Shown here: one piece after another, positions 34,406 through 34,720 of the stretch
How positions within the stretch are numbered: position 1 is the stretch's first letter
Layout: every line of letters starts with the position of its first letter
Assembly (NCBI GenBank): GCA_003990765.1
Contig: RBNJ01000270.1
Span: 1 to 34,720 of the forward strand
Source of the DNA: Jimgerdemannia flammicorona
Taxonomy: Eukaryota
Direction of reading: 5' to 3'
DNA length: 34,720 nucleotides
Position numbers and translations under genes: made by a program
Notes under the pieces: model-generated
Told to the model about the DNA's origin: nothing
Databases searched by the model: none
The model's input: the letters and a program-made list of their open reading frames with translations, nothing else

Positions 34406-34720
34406 AGAACCATCCCAAAAAGGAAACTGCTCGCTCAGTATCCAGATCTTGACTATTATACCGCTAAACACCAAGAACATTTTGTTGCTTTTAACAAAGT
34501 AACTGGGGGCTCAAGCCAAACTACATCAACCCCCAACCTTGTAATTTGCCTCCATTGAGCCGGCACGTTACATTTGGGGGCTCAACTGGGAATATTTCAA
34601 AATCGACGTGACTTTTCAGCTCACAAGAACCCACAGTCAAACTGGATACATTTGATACAACACCAATCTCTGCCACTACAGGAGAACCAGTCATCACCAG
34701 CATTTGGACAGGAAGAGAAG

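Noticed and set aside
34080..34720. ORFs 34080-34502 and 34521-34703
   Set aside because: Derived from repeats or too short, with no recognisable domain.

Overview
Eukaryotic, probably fungal, transposon-rich DNA with no supportable host gene. Bases 9-20860 hold two related but nucleotide-divergent families of endonuclease-less Penelope-like retroelements (PLEs). Family A (3886-bp unit) forms a ~9-kb palindrome with poly(T)/poly(A) ends. Family B (~3658-bp unit) has one inverted plus two tandem copies. Both families share one design: a terminal repeat, an Ala-rich ORF1 with two CCHC-type zinc fingers, a -1 slippery site, a PLE reverse transcriptase with no GIY-YIG domain, and a 181-200-bp GC-rich module bounded by a short TTAAAAA-containing inverted repeat. 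In both families the giant palindrome turns exactly at that module, which suggests programmed cDNA fold-back. I found no hammerhead ribozyme cores or telomeric repeats. A 50-bp identity flanking B suggests a target duplication of up to ~242 bp. The rest of the window holds a heavily C-to-T mutated L1/Tx1-like LINE (~21.1-26.6 kb), simple and complex repeats, and an intron-containing hAT transposase pseudogene (~30.5-32.9 kb, minus strand).
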